Assembly (NCBI GenBank): GCA_047601445.1 | Contig: JASGJH010000001.1 | Span: forward strand, 6,944,001-7,008,000 | From: Myxococcales bacterium | Lineage (GTDB): Bacteria; Myxococcota_A; Polyangia; Polyangiales; DASUME01 | Length of the DNA stretch: 64,000 nt | Reading direction: 5' to 3' | In this document: one piece after another, positions 45,613 to 55,763 of the stretch | Numbering within the stretch: the stretch's first letter is position 1 | Layout: every line of letters starts with the position of its first letter | Position numbers and translations under genes: made by a program | The notes under the pieces: model-generated | The model's input: only the letters and a program-made list of their open reading frames with translations | Databases searched by the model: none | Told to the model about the DNA's origin: nothing

Positions 45613-45848
45613 GTGGGCTCAGGCGCTGAGTCTGCAGACGATGCTCGAGGTCCGATTGGATGTTCGGTCGAATCTGGCGTGCGTTCGCGCATCTTCTGGA
45701 TCGAACCTTCACGGCCCCACTTTGGACTCGAACCCGTGTAACCTTGGCCGCGTCCCGGTCGAAGTAGCAATGCTGGCGCGGATCTGCGTCCCCATTTGCG
45801 GGTGCGTGGGTTCATCCGTGCGCCGCACTCTCTTGCGAGGAGGTCGCG

Positions 45849-46896
45849 ATGAACGAGCAGAAGCTTGCAGATTTCATGGGGAAGTTGGTGGGTGACATGG
45901 GCGGCGCCGCGATCATGGCGAGCGTCCTATTGGGAGCGGAGCTGGGGCTCTATCGAGCGATGGGGAATGCCGAGCCCATCAGCGCTGATGAGCTGGCCGC
46001 CAAGACGAAGTGCAACCCGCGCCTGACTCTCGAGTGGCTGCGCGCGCAAGCCGCGTCTGGCTATGTGGAGATCGTGGGAGAAAAGTTCCGGCTGCCATCT
46101 GAGCACGCCATGGCGCTGGCGGACGAGGACTCCCCCGTGTTCGTGGCCGGCGGAACTCATGTGCTGGCCAGCATGTTCCTCGACAAGGACAAGCTGATCT
46201 CCGCCATGCGAGGCAATGGAGCGCTTGCATGGGGCGATCATCATCCATGTCTGTTCTCGGGCACGGAGCGCTTCTTTCGTCCGGGCTATCGAGCCAACTT
46301 GGTTTCGGCGTGGTTGCCTGCGCTCGATGGCGTGGTGGGCAAGCTGGAGTCGGGCGCCAAAGTGGCCGACGTGGGGTGCGGACACGGAGCCTCCACCGTC
46401 GTGATGGCCAAGGCTTATCCCAAGTCCGAGTTTCACGGCTTCGACTATCATGGGCCCTCCATCGAGGTCGCGCAGGCGAGAGCGGCCGAGGCCGGTGTCG
46501 CGGAGCGCACCACCTTCAAACGAGCCGCGGCCAAGGACTATCCTGGCGCGGACTTCGATTCTGATTTGCTTCTTCGACTGCCTGCACGACATGGGCGATC
46601 CACTGGGTGCAGCCCAGCATGCTCTCGCCGCGCTCAAGCCGGGCGGTACGGTGCTGCTCGTGGAGCCGTTTGCACACGATCATCTGGCCGAGAACGTCAA
46701 TCCGGTCGGGCGCCTGTTCTATGCAGCGTCTACCTTCGTGTGCACGCCGAACTCGCTCTCGCAGGAGGTGGGCACAGCCCTCGGCGCTCAGGCTGGCGAG
46801 GGGCGCCTCCGCGAGATCTTCCAAAAAGCCGGCTTCAAGCGCTTCAGGCGGGCCACGGAGACTCCGTTCAATCTCGTGCTGGAGGCACAGAAGTAG
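45849..46896 (+). pseudogene. Class I SAM-dependent methyltransferase (N-terminal wHTH) with +1 frameshift near 46559-46560
   Basis: VADVGCGHG; GAT-T-CTG ATT TGC TTC TTC GAC TGC CTG CAC GAC ATG GGC shows an extra T; C-terminus ...TPFNLVLEA is in the other frame. Confidence 0.85.
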
Positions 46897-46920
46897 TCCG
46901 CACGCGCATGTTCGGACCGG

Positions 46921-47682
46921 TTAGAGGCTCAGCGGCGGCTCTAGATCGAAGGGATACGTCACGATGACGTGGCCATCGGGCTTCGGCATCGCCCAATTCC
47001 GGACCGAGTGGGCGATGCAGCAGGCCACGAGGGACTGGCCGAGCTCGTCCTGCAGTACGTTGGCGGACTGAACCGTTCCGTCGGCCCTGACGTGGAACTC
47101 GATGACCACGCGTCCCGCGAGATTGGGCCACCAGACGAGGCCATCCTCGTAGCACCTGTGCACGTCGGTCATCTGCCGGTCGATGGCCTCTCGAATGGAA
47201 TCCTGGGAGACCGAGCCGATGACGATGGGCTCCCGGCTGAGCCCCACGCGCTCGTGCGAAATCACACCAAACACCGTGCCGGCTGGGACTGCCTTCACCT
47301 CGCCGAGCTCGCGCAGCACACAGGCGCTCACGTCTTCGGGCGGCGTAGGTTTGGCTTCGGCAGGCACGAGTTCCGCGCTGCCTTCGCGGAACGCGACGTC
47401 GACGATGAGGTCCGGGGTCTTCTCGAAGCACGCGCTGAGGGTGGCCCTTCGATCTGCCAGCAGATCCTTCAAGTCGGGATCGGAGAGCTCGGGGCGGGTC
47501 CAATCGCGTGCCTCGCAGGCGCCGTGCAGATCGGTGTAAGCACGTTCGGCGCGCTGCTTCTGGCGTTGCGTCTGGAACTGAGGAACCGTCAAGTTGCAGG
47601 CCGAGAGGCCAACCAGCCAGAGCGCGAGGCCAACGCCACCTGCGAGCCAAGGGGTGGAGCGAAGCGAGTTTACGGACTGCAC
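46921..47682 (-). CDS. Lipoprotein with AgmX/PglI-type TonB C-terminal domain
   Basis: GLSA-C lipobox; VHRCYE..L...PNLAGRVVIEF...G.V...CI...W.MPKP..VIVTYPF; start uncertain. Confidence 0.8.
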   Translation of the reverse strand: MQSVNSLRSTPWLAGGVGLALWLVGLSACNLTVPQFQTQRQKQRAERAYTDLHGACEARDWTRPELSDPDLKDLLADRRATLSACFEKTPDLIVDVAFREGSAELVPAEAKPTPPEDVSACVLRELGEVKAVPAGTVFGVISHERVGLSREPIVIGSVSQDSIREAIDRQMTDVHRCYEDGLVWWPNLAGRVVIEFHVRADGTVQSANVLQDELGQSLVACCIAHSVRNWAMPKPDGHVIVTYPFDLEPPLSL

Positions 47683-47711
47683 GCTGCCACCATACGCGAT
47701 CGCGCGGGCAC

Positions 47712-48416
47712 TTAGAAAGGCAGCTCCACGGCCTCGCACAGAAAGCGCATCAGCGCCTTACCGGCCTTGAAGCGCGTCTCCACCGCGTCGAGGAAGCCGG
47801 CGCCGAGGAGGTCCTTGTGGGAGAGCTTGGAGACCGCGATGAAGTCCTTGCGCTTGAGGTCCTGGACGAGCGGGTGGTCGGCTGCGTAGCCCTTGGGCGG
47901 GCGAGAGAGGCTGTCGCCGCCGAGGGCGAGGTGCTCGCTGAAGCTGGCCGCTTGGACGACCTTCTTCCAGGCGCCCTGACGCTCGTCGAGGTGGGCGCGG
48001 ATCTTGGCGAGTGCGATGGGGTCGGGGTGCCACAGACCTACACCGATGAAGACCTCGGCCGGATCGAAGTGCACGTAGAGACCCGGCGCGTGCACGTCCT
48101 TGCCTGCCACATGGCGAAACTGGATGCCTACATTGGTCTTGTAGGGCGTCTTGTCGCTGCCGAAGCGCGTGTCGCGCTGGGGCCGCATCATGGAGCCGCC
48201 GACCTTGTCGTCGCTGGCCACCAGGTGGGGCGAGAGCTTCTTGAGGCGTGGGGCCATGGCGCGAATGAAGGCGCGCGCGGGTTCTCGCACGTGGGCTTCG
48301 TAGCGGGTTTGGTTGGCCTTGAACCAGTCGCGGTCGTTGTTCTCGGTGAGCTCGACGAGGAAGCGGATCGCCTGCACGTTGAAGCCCGGGAACGCGGGGG
48401 CTTTGCTGCTTGCCAT
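47712..48416 (-). CDS. DUF2461 (TIGR02453) family protein
   Basis: NNDRDWF, RDTRFGSDKTPYKT, PGLYVH, RPPKGY..DHP...DLKRK. Confidence 0.92.
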   Translation of the reverse strand: MASSKAPAFPGFNVQAIRFLVELTENNDRDWFKANQTRYEAHVREPARAFIRAMAPRLKKLSPHLVASDDKVGGSMMRPQRDTRFGSDKTPYKTNVGIQFRHVAGKDVHAPGLYVHFDPAEVFIGVGLWHPDPIALAKIRAHLDERQGAWKKVVQAASFSEHLALGGDSLSRPPKGYAADHPLVQDLKRKDFIAVSKLSHKDLLGAGFLDAVETRFKAGKALMRFLCEAVELPF

Positions 48417-48524
48417 GGCTGAGATGCTCCGGGGTGGGCCCGTAGTGTAGCGAGCGCCGCGCGGCGCACCCATGACCGCACCGAAGCTTGCTTCGATGAG
48501 GAACGAGTGGAGGGGGCCTTTGCC

Positions 48525-49541
48525 TCAAGCTTGACGGTAGGTGGCAGGGGCCACGCCCACGCAGCGCTTGAAGGCCTTGCTCAGGGCGCCCTCGGAGCTG
48601 TAGCCCACCTGTTGAGCGATCTCCGCCAAGCTCGCGCTGCTCGCACGCAGCTGCGAGGCTGCGAGTTGAATGCGCCAGCGCGCCAGGTACTGCATCGGTG
48701 GGATGCCCACCAGGCGAGTAAAGCGCTCGGCGAGCACGGAGCGCGAGACGCCGGCTCCCTTGGCGAGTCGATTCAAGGTCCAGGGATCCGCCGGCTGGGC
48801 ATGCAGCTTTTGCAGCGCCCGACCCACCTGCGGATCCTGCAGTCCAGCGAACCAGCCACCTTGCTCTTGGGGCAGCGTCTCGACGTAGTGACGCACCACC
48901 TCCACGAACAAGAGCTCGCTCAGGCGTGCGAGCACGCAATCGCTGCCGGGTTCGCGCGCGTTGGACTCCACCACGGCGAGTTCCACCAGGCGCTGGAGGA
49001 TCGAGCGGCGCTCTCCCGTGCCCCGCACGTGCAACAGGCGGGGTAGTGCGCTGAGCAGCGGGTTGAAGGGATGCGCGTCGCAGCCGAGGAAGCCGCAGAT
49101 CAGCTTCACGTGTCGTGGGCCGCCGCCGCGGATGTCGATGGAGATGGGCAAGCGCGCGTGCTGCATGTCGAGGCTGTCGGGGCTGGGGCCGCCGCGCATG
49201 CCAGGCGCGCTCGAGACCACGTGGCGATCGCCTTGCGGAAAGACCAACACGTCGCCGGCCTCGAGCTGGACCGCAGGTTCATCGACGATGCCGCCCCAAC
49301 ACGAGCCCGCGGTCACCACGTGATATTCGATGACATGCTCCGCGCGCGGCAGGATGCGGGGCCCGATTTCGCGCGATGGCGGCGTCTCCGCGACCCACGG
49401 GTCCGAGGCTTCGATGGCGAAGTACACGGCTCCTGTGAGGTGCACGGCGCGCAAGACTTGGGACAGCGCATCGGCCAGAGGTACATCTTGGCCGCAGTGC
49501 GCATTCGGGTGACAAGGGGGCAATACCGGGTGCATGGGCAC
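48525..49541 (-). CDS. AraC family regulator with N-terminal cupin
   Basis: DALSQVL, YHVVTAGSCW, GVSRSVLAERF, PPMQYLARWR, VGYSSEGALSKAFKR; start uncertain. Confidence 0.93.
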   Translation of the reverse strand: MPMHPVLPPCHPNAHCGQDVPLADALSQVLRAVHLTGAVYFAIEASDPWVAETPPSREIGPRILPRAEHVIEYHVVTAGSCWGGIVDEPAVQLEAGDVLVFPQGDRHVVSSAPGMRGGPSPDSLDMQHARLPISIDIRGGGPRHVKLICGFLGCDAHPFNPLLSALPRLLHVRGTGERRSILQRLVELAVVESNAREPGSDCVLARLSELLFVEVVRHYVETLPQEQGGWFAGLQDPQVGRALQKLHAQPADPWTLNRLAKGAGVSRSVLAERFTRLVGIPPMQYLARWRIQLAASQLRASSASLAEIAQQVGYSSEGALSKAFKRCVGVAPATYRQA

Positions 49542-49595
49542 GCCCGCTCAGCCTAGGACCAAGGCTTTCATTCGAACATCGCGTGAGCGCAGATC

Positions 49596-49634
49596 CGGAT
49601 GGGCGGACATGCATCACGGACGCCCAGACATGCA
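49596..49634. promoter_or_regulatory. Tandem direct repeat with 21-bp period, probable AraC-type binding site
   Basis: CGGATGGGCGGACATGCA (49596) and CGGACGCCCAGACATGCA (49617) upstream of the AraC gene. Confidence 0.5.
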
Positions 49635-49745
49635 CGTGTGGCGCCCTCCGCTAGCTCCCCCCAGGATGCCCTGACCCCGTCATGAACTGCAGCCATCGCG
49701 CAAGGATTGTGTCTTTCCAGACTCGCCGTTACCCTAGACATCCTC

Positions 49746-50504
49746 GTGAATCACCTGTCGTCCGTAAGTCTCCTGATGGTCCTGGGAATGCTCGGGTCCG
49801 CATGCAGTGAGCCCACCTCGGGCGCACCCACTTCCGCCGGCACGGTGTCCGTCGGGGCCGTCGACTCCGCTTGGCCGGCCGTCGCAGTGCCTGCGTTTCT
49901 CTCGCGCAGCCCGTGCTTGCCGCCCTACACGGCTTTTCGCGAGGGGTGCGTGCACGCGGCCTACTCGGCCCGCACGTCGACGGCCGACCTGGCAACCCAG
50001 TTCGATGCGTATCAACGAGGGGCCGCACCACCGCGCGTGGGCGGACCGATCCAACAGGCGGCAGCGACCGGCCGCGCGAACGCGCACACGCCTCGACTGG
50101 ACCCTGGTGCACTGGCCAAAGGCAGCGGCACGGGCGCACAGGATGCCGAACTCGCGCGGCAACGCAGGTTGCGTGCGCTCGAAGAGATGCTGATCATGGT
50201 GAACGAGAAGCTGGCCCGCGATCGCAAGCGGCGCACCGGGCCGGCTCGCACGCAGGACGGTACGGACGAGGCCAACGCTGGCGGAGCCTCCGCCAACCCC
50301 CGTGGGACCTATACCGCAGGGGCTTCTTCCGCTGCGGGCGACGAGTCAGTCGCTCAGCTGGTCGGCGCGCTGAAGCAAATGGAGCAGGGGCAAGCCGCGA
50401 CCATGCTGCAACAGATGGAAGCCAAGGGGTTGCGCCAGGAGCTGGGCGAAGAGGTTTGGAGTCAGCTCAGCACGGAGGCGCGCGGGACCGCAGCAGGACG
50501 CTGA
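49746..50504 (+). CDS. Hypothetical lipoprotein
   Basis: LGSA-C lipobox after a hydrophobic stretch; Ala/Gly-rich body. Confidence 0.55.
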   Translation: MNHLSSVSLLMVLGMLGSACSEPTSGAPTSAGTVSVGAVDSAWPAVAVPAFLSRSPCLPPYTAFREGCVHAAYSARTSTADLATQFDAYQRGAAPPRVGGPIQQAAATGRANAHTPRLDPGALAKGSGTGAQDAELARQRRLRALEEMLIMVNEKLARDRKRRTGPARTQDGTDEANAGGASANPRGTYTAGASSAAGDESVAQLVGALKQMEQGQAATMLQQMEAKGLRQELGEEVWSQLSTEARGTAAGR

Positions 50505-50642
50505 CAAGTCAGCGCTTTCGCTCTCCGTGCTCACGGGCCAGCTTGCCTCCTCCACGCCAGGGACCACTTGCACTCGCAGTGAACGTGGCGACGCGCGGAC
50601 ACGAGTATCTTCGCCCGCAGCCCGAAGCAGAGGAGCCCTTCC

Positions 50643-51608
50643 ATGGCACAAGAGACGATGCGAGCCATGGCCGTCGATCACTTCGGCGGTCCCGAAAACC
50701 TTACGCTGCACCAGCTCCCTGTCCCGCAGCCTGGCCCCAAGGACGTGCTCATCCGCGTCCAGTTCGCGGGCGTGGGTGAGTGGGATCCCTACGAGCGTGA
50801 GGGCGGCTTCGCCGAGATGTTGCCCCGGCCACCCAAGTTTCCCTACGTGCTGGGCTCGGAGGGCGCCGGCAAAGTCGAAGCGTGTGGACGGGAGGTGCAG
50901 GGGCTGGCGGTGGGCGACCGCGTGTATGCCGTGGCCTTCCCCAACGCCCGCGGCGGCTTTTACGCGGAGTACGCCGTGATCAACCAGGCTCTGGTGGCCA
51001 AGGTGCCTTCGGAGCAGGGCATGCTGGAGGCGAGCGTGATGGCCGGCGTGGGCATCACCGCGCTGCGCGGGCTCGCGGACGTGCTCCAAGTTTCGCAGGA
51101 TGACAGCGTCGCCATCGTGGGCGCGAGCGGCGGCATCGGGCATCTCGCAGTGCAGCTCGCCAAGCGCATGGGGGGGCGCGTATTCGCGGTGGCCTCCGGG
51201 GCCGACGGCGTGGCGCTGGCGCAGAGGCTCGGAGCCGACGCGGCGATCGACGGCCACCTCGACGGCGTGCTCGAGACAGCGCGAGCTTTTGCAGAGGGGG
51301 GCATCTCCAAGGCGCTCCTCACCACGGGCGGGGATGTGGCTGAGCGGGTATTGATGGCCATGCGTGAGGCGGGACAGGTGGCTTACCCGAGCGGCGTCAT
51401 GCCCGAGCCTGCGCCGCGCGCGAACCTGAAGATCGTGCGCTACGACGGGATGCCCGATGCAGACATCCTCGAGCGCTTCGAGGCCATGGCCAAGCAGGAA
51501 CCCTTCGATGTGCATGTGGCCCATAGCTTTCCGCTGCAGGAGGCGCCGGCGGCCCAGGAGGCGCTCAAGCGTCATTTCCTGGGCAAGCTCGCGCTGCGCG
51601 TAAGCTGA
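50643..51608 (+). CDS. NADP-dependent quinone oxidoreductase (MDR family)
   Basis: GAGGAG RBS; FGGPENL, FPYVLGSEGAG, GASGGIGHLAVQLAK, GKLAL. Confidence 0.92.
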   Translation: MAQETMRAMAVDHFGGPENLTLHQLPVPQPGPKDVLIRVQFAGVGEWDPYEREGGFAEMLPRPPKFPYVLGSEGAGKVEACGREVQGLAVGDRVYAVAFPNARGGFYAEYAVINQALVAKVPSEQGMLEASVMAGVGITALRGLADVLQVSQDDSVAIVGASGGIGHLAVQLAKRMGGRVFAVASGADGVALAQRLGADAAIDGHLDGVLETARAFAEGGISKALLTTGGDVAERVLMAMREAGQVAYPSGVMPEPAPRANLKIVRYDGMPDADILERFEAMAKQEPFDVHVAHSFPLQEAPAAQEALKRHFLGKLALRVS

Positions 51609-51689
51609 GCCGCATCCGTGGTGAAATCGAGGGGTGAAAGCCCCTCTCGGGCGCGCCACGTGCGCCGCCTGGTGTCATCATGCCGCGCC

Positions 51690-53105
51690 ATGAAGTTCGC
51701 AGGGTGCCTTGGTGGGGGTGGAGTCGACGGTAAAGGGACGGGTCGCAGCCTGAGAGGGTGGCTCGCGGGATTGGCGCTCTCGCTGATCAGCGCATCCGTT
51801 CAGGCCCAGGGCTTCGTGACCGATCGCGGCGTGCGTGCCCTGGGGCGCGGCACGGCGTTCGTGGCTGGCGCCGAAGGTGCGGAGGCACTCTGGTACAATC
51901 CGGCCGGCTTGGCCTACGCCGGTCGCAGTTTGCGTCTGGAGGGTACGCTGGGGCTGAACTCGGCGTCGTTTCGGCGCGTGGACGAAGCCGCGAGCTATCA
52001 ATACCCGTCGGTGAGTGAAGGGACCACGCTCAACGTGGTGCCGCTGCTCGGCTACACCGAGAATTTCGGCCTCAGTGACTTCACCTTCGGGCTCGCAGCG
52101 TTCGGCCAAAACACGCGTCAACACGACTGGCCCACGACGGTCATGTCCACGGTGCCTGCACCGCAGCGCTACGCGGGCTTCGAGAGCAGCCAGCAGCAAT
52201 GGCACGCGGCCCTCGGCATGGCCTGGCACGGCGTGCGCGGCCTGTCCTTGGGCATCGCCCCCCAGTTGGTGCTCGGGCGCTGGAAGCGCACGCTCGACGT
52301 GAGCCAGTGCGACTCCTTCGCGTGCACCTATCCGGAAGATCCGAACTTCGACAGCCGAACTCAGCTCGGTCCTGTCGTGCTGCCCGCGGTCACCGTGGGG
52401 CTAGGGCTTACCTATCTCGCGCGCTACGTGCGCGTCGGCGCGTCCCTCCAGACCCCGTTCCGCAGCAGCGGCAAGGCCGACGTCAGCATGCAGCTACCCA
52501 CCGCTCCGCTCTACGACCGCGCGTCCATTGGGGCAGGCACCGTCGACGCGCAGCTGTCGCTGCCATGGATCGCGCGCGCGGGCATCGAGTTTTTGCCCGT
52601 GGAGGGGCTTCGCATCGAGCTCGCGGGCACCTTCGAGCGCTGGTCGAAGCGGCCAGGATGGCAGATGACCTCACCGTCGACCGCGCTCGTGAGCAACGTG
52701 GTGGGCATCGGAGACTATCAAGCAGCCTGGAGCGCGGCGATGCCCATGCAGGACAGCTTCAGCGCGCGCTTGGGCGCCGAGTACCGCATTTTTCCGGCCC
52801 ATTTGAGCCTGCGCGCGGGCGCCGCGTACATGAGTAGCTCGGTCCCCACGCAGGCTCTCACGGCCGTGCACTACGACGCCAATCGCGTGCTCTACAGCCT
52901 CGGTGCCAGCGTGCACATCCAGGATCGCGCGGACATCGACGGCGTGGTCGGCTACGTGCTGCAGCTCGACCAGGACGTCAGCGACTCCGAGGTGGTGCAG
53001 CCCTCCGCGAACCTCGTGCCCGGCATCGCCAACAATGGAATCGGCAACGGGCACTACCACGCGAACGCCGTCTTCCTCGGGTTGGGTGCCACGATTCGTC
53101 TCTGA
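51690..53105 (+). CDS. OmpP1/FadL family outer-membrane long-chain fatty-acid transporter
   Basis: RALGRGTAFVA...ALWYNPAGL; SLPWIARAGIEF; QDSFSARLGAEY; LSLRAG. Confidence 0.85.
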   Translation: MKFAGCLGGGGVDGKGTGRSLRGWLAGLALSLISASVQAQGFVTDRGVRALGRGTAFVAGAEGAEALWYNPAGLAYAGRSLRLEGTLGLNSASFRRVDEAASYQYPSVSEGTTLNVVPLLGYTENFGLSDFTFGLAAFGQNTRQHDWPTTVMSTVPAPQRYAGFESSQQQWHAALGMAWHGVRGLSLGIAPQLVLGRWKRTLDVSQCDSFACTYPEDPNFDSRTQLGPVVLPAVTVGLGLTYLARYVRVGASLQTPFRSSGKADVSMQLPTAPLYDRASIGAGTVDAQLSLPWIARAGIEFLPVEGLRIELAGTFERWSKRPGWQMTSPSTALVSNVVGIGDYQAAWSAAMPMQDSFSARLGAEYRIFPAHLSLRAGAAYMSSSVPTQALTAVHYDANRVLYSLGASVHIQDRADIDGVVGYVLQLDQDVSDSEVVQPSANLVPGIANNGIGNGHYHANAVFLGLGATIRL

Positions 53106-53150
53106 TCCGCGGCGGGCAGCCCAGGCGCCGCCGTGCCGATATCTTCGCGT

Positions 53151-54263
53151 TCACTTCAGCGGGATGCGCCCAATCGTGCCGCCGAAGGTTGCCACGTACG
53201 CGTACTGATCGTCGAAGGCCATGGCCTCCACGGTGGACACCTTGCCGAAAGCCTGCAGGCTGCCCTTGGCCTCATCGTAGCGATACAGACAGTGGTTCTT
53301 CTGATCGCTGACGAACACCGAGCTGCCGTTGCCGAACATGCCATTGACGACGAAGTCACCGGCGAGCAGCTCGATGTTGCCTCCGGCCACCGGTACGCGT
53401 CCCAGGTAGCTGCTGATCAGATCGCGCCCCACGCTCACGTAGACGTTGCCATCGGTGGCGGCCATGAAGTTGTCGAGGTTGTCCGCGCTGGCCAGCTGCT
53501 TGGCGTCCTTGGACTCGCCCCCCGCGACCGCCGACATCACTCGGTAGCCATCACCGGCGTAGTCGACAGCGTAGTACTTGCCGGCGCGCTCCACCGCGGA
53601 TCCCACGCACTGGAACTCCACGTAGTCGTCCGCCGAGGCATTGTCTTGATGGAGGATGTGCACGCTCGAGCCGCGGTTGGCACAGTCGAAGTTGATGGTG
53701 TCCCACGTGTAGACCGTGCTGCCGTCGCGGGCGAGCTCGGATCGACCCGCGCCCTGGGTGATCGTGCCGGTGGAGATGGTCAGGTGATCGGAGCTGATGG
53801 CATCGGCGAACCACAGGTCGTTGCCGAAGCCCTTCACCTGGATCAGGTTCTTCTGGTCGACGACCTTGGTGGGCTCGGCCGGCGCGCCCTTGGGCAGGCT
53901 GAAGAGGCCGTCGTTCGAGGCGAAGTAGATCGAGTCTCCGATCAGGTCCATGCCATGGGTGGTCACCGCGTGCTGGTGGAGCACTTCCACGGCGGCGGCG
54001 GAGTCACATGGGGGAATGGTCACGGACGTGTTCCACTTGGCGTCGTCGTCCTGTCCTTCGTCCGCCCCGTCTCCTGCCTGCGAGGGATCGGTGGAGTGGC
54101 TCTGCTGGCCCGGATCGCCCGGAGTGCCCGCGTCGCCGGATGTGTCGTCGACCGCAGCATCGGACGGGTTCCCGTCTCCCTTTTCTTCGGGCGGATCGCA
54201 CGCGGTCAAAAGGAGAGGGGCGCAGAGACTCAGGCAGAGCAAGGATGAATAGGTGGGCTTCAC
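53151..54263 (-). CDS. Lipoprotein, probable beta-propeller
   Basis: LLTA-C lipobox, acidic linker, blades such as GDSIYFA..FSLPKG, DGNVYV..GRVPVAGG, DDQYAYVA..IGRIPL. Confidence 0.75.
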   Translation of the reverse strand: MKPTYSSLLCLSLCAPLLLTACDPPEEKGDGNPSDAAVDDTSGDAGTPGDPGQQSHSTDPSQAGDGADEGQDDDAKWNTSVTIPPCDSAAAVEVLHQHAVTTHGMDLIGDSIYFASNDGLFSLPKGAPAEPTKVVDQKNLIQVKGFGNDLWFADAISSDHLTISTGTITQGAGRSELARDGSTVYTWDTINFDCANRGSSVHILHQDNASADDYVEFQCVGSAVERAGKYYAVDYAGDGYRVMSAVAGGESKDAKQLASADNLDNFMAATDGNVYVSVGRDLISSYLGRVPVAGGNIELLAGDFVVNGMFGNGSSVFVSDQKNHCLYRYDEAKGSLQAFGKVSTVEAMAFDDQYAYVATFGGTIGRIPLK

Positions 54264-54465
54264 GGAGGCTTCCTTCGAACCAGATCGCCGCGCGCACGTG
54301 CGGAACATCATGCACCGTCGTGGTTGCGCTTGAGATGTGCGACGACCTGTGGATGCAACTCTTCACGCTCAGCAGTCACGCCGCACGGCCGTTCGGGGTG
54401 ATTTGCAGCGGTCTTCTACGCGGGCAAACCGCGCAGCCCTTGCTCGATGCGGTTAACCTCGAGCG

Positions 54466-54597
54466 CTACTTGCTCGCGTAGCGCACGCTGTTCGTAACGC
54501 CCCAGTACACGCGGTCGAGCACGACGACGATGATGAACGCCTTCAAGCTTGCGAACGATACGGCTTGGGACGTCTGATGTGGACGTGCACGCAGCAT
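54466..54597 (-). CDS. Putative 43-aa small protein
   Basis: Strong GAGGAG RBS before ATG; hydrophobic core AFIIVVVL. Confidence 0.4.
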   Translation of the reverse strand: MLRARPHQTSQAVSFASLKAFIIVVVLDRVYWGVTNSVRYASK

Positions 54598-54791
54598 GGT
54601 TTTCTCCTCATGTCGCGCACGCGGGAGCATGTGCGTCAGCTGACAGGAGGAGTTACGCGGCGCGGTGAGTCGATGCTCCCGCGGCGCGCGTAGGCCCTTT
54701 TTCAAGTGCAGTCGTCCCTGCATGTCAGGAACACGCGAGACTCGACGTGCGTGGCTTTAGGTTGATAGGCGCGCGGAACTTCGGCGCGGGT

Positions 54792-55541
54792 TCACTTGAG
54801 CTTGCCCTGGCTGCCCTTGGACTTGCCCGGGTTGTCCTCATCCACGCGGTCCGCGTCGTTGCCGTGGCCGCGGTCATGATCGCCCTGCTTGGCCTCGGCT
54901 TTGGCGAGCGCCTTCTCGGACGACTTGGACTTACCAGGGTTGTCCTCATCCACACCGTCCGCGTCGTTGCCATGGCCGCGATCGTGATCACCGCCCGTGC
55001 TGGCCGGCTTGGCGCCCGGCGCGGCGGCGACTGTGGGCGCTTGGACCACGGGCTTCGCGACCGGAGCCGGGTTCGCCTTCGGCGGTTGCGGTGCAGCAGG
55101 TTGCGCGACAGGCGGGCTTGCCGCAGGCGCTGCAGGCTTCGACGTCGCGAGAACCGGAGGTTGTGGAGCGGCCGGTTGCGCGACGGGTGCCGCGGGCACG
55201 GGCGCATGTGCGGTGGATTTTTGTTCGGCAGGGGTCGTCTTCGGCGCTTCGGGCGTGTGCGAAGCGTGCTCGTCGCGCTGCTTGTGTTCGTGATGGCCTG
55301 CAGGAGACGCCGCCTGATGCTCGTGTTCTGCCGAGCCGTGATGCTTCCCGTGATGGCCCGTGCTCAGGTGAAAGCCTCCCGAGCCATCGGCGCCCGATGT
55401 GTGTGAGCCCGAGCTGGAGCTGGAGCCCTCGAGTTGACCGGATTGGGATCCCGTACGCGTGCCACTCTGCATGCTCGCGTGGAACGTGCAGCCCCCGAGC
55501 AGCGCGAACATCGTCATCATCAAACCAAGCTTGCCTGTCAT
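54792..55541 (-). CDS. Low-complexity lipoprotein (His-rich and Pro/Ala-rich) with duplicated C-terminal motif
   Basis: LLGG-C lipobox; two copies of GDHDRGHGNDAD.VDEDNPGKSK. Confidence 0.75.
   Translation of the reverse strand: MTGKLGLMMTMFALLGGCTFHASMQSGTRTGSQSGQLEGSSSSSGSHTSGADGSGGFHLSTGHHGKHHGSAEHEHQAASPAGHHEHKQRDEHASHTPEAPKTTPAEQKSTAHAPVPAAPVAQPAAPQPPVLATSKPAAPAASPPVAQPAAPQPPKANPAPVAKPVVQAPTVAAAPGAKPASTGGDHDRGHGNDADGVDEDNPGKSKSSEKALAKAEAKQGDHDRGHGNDADRVDEDNPGKSKGSQGKLK
54816..54992 (-). repeat. Two about 69-bp direct repeats, 108 bp apart, coding GDHDRGHGNDADxVDEDNPGKSK
   Basis: Near-identical copies starting at 54816 and 54924. Confidence 0.85.
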
Positions 55542-55763
55542 GTCCCCCCCAAGTGCCTCTAGGTTCAGGGGCCCCGACCGTCGCCGCAAGCACGACATTC
55601 TAGGGAGAGCTCCGGGCAAGAGAAGAACGCGCTCTGCGCGTATCCGAGCCCACGAAAGTTACGGGGGTCGCGTCGGCGCTCTGCATACAGCACGCGTCCG
55701 TCCAAGGACAAGCCCGGACCTCGGCGCAACTCGACGTCAGTGTGGGCGGGTGCGGAGAGGCCC

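Noticed and set aside
45724..45735. GGGTTCGAGTCC (minus strand) resembling a tRNA T-loop
   Set aside because: No 5-bp T stem, acceptor stem or anticodon arm can be built around it
51690..53105. FadL transporter as part of the lipid-oxygenation operon
   Set aside because: About 30 kb away with unrelated genes in between; the link is only thematic
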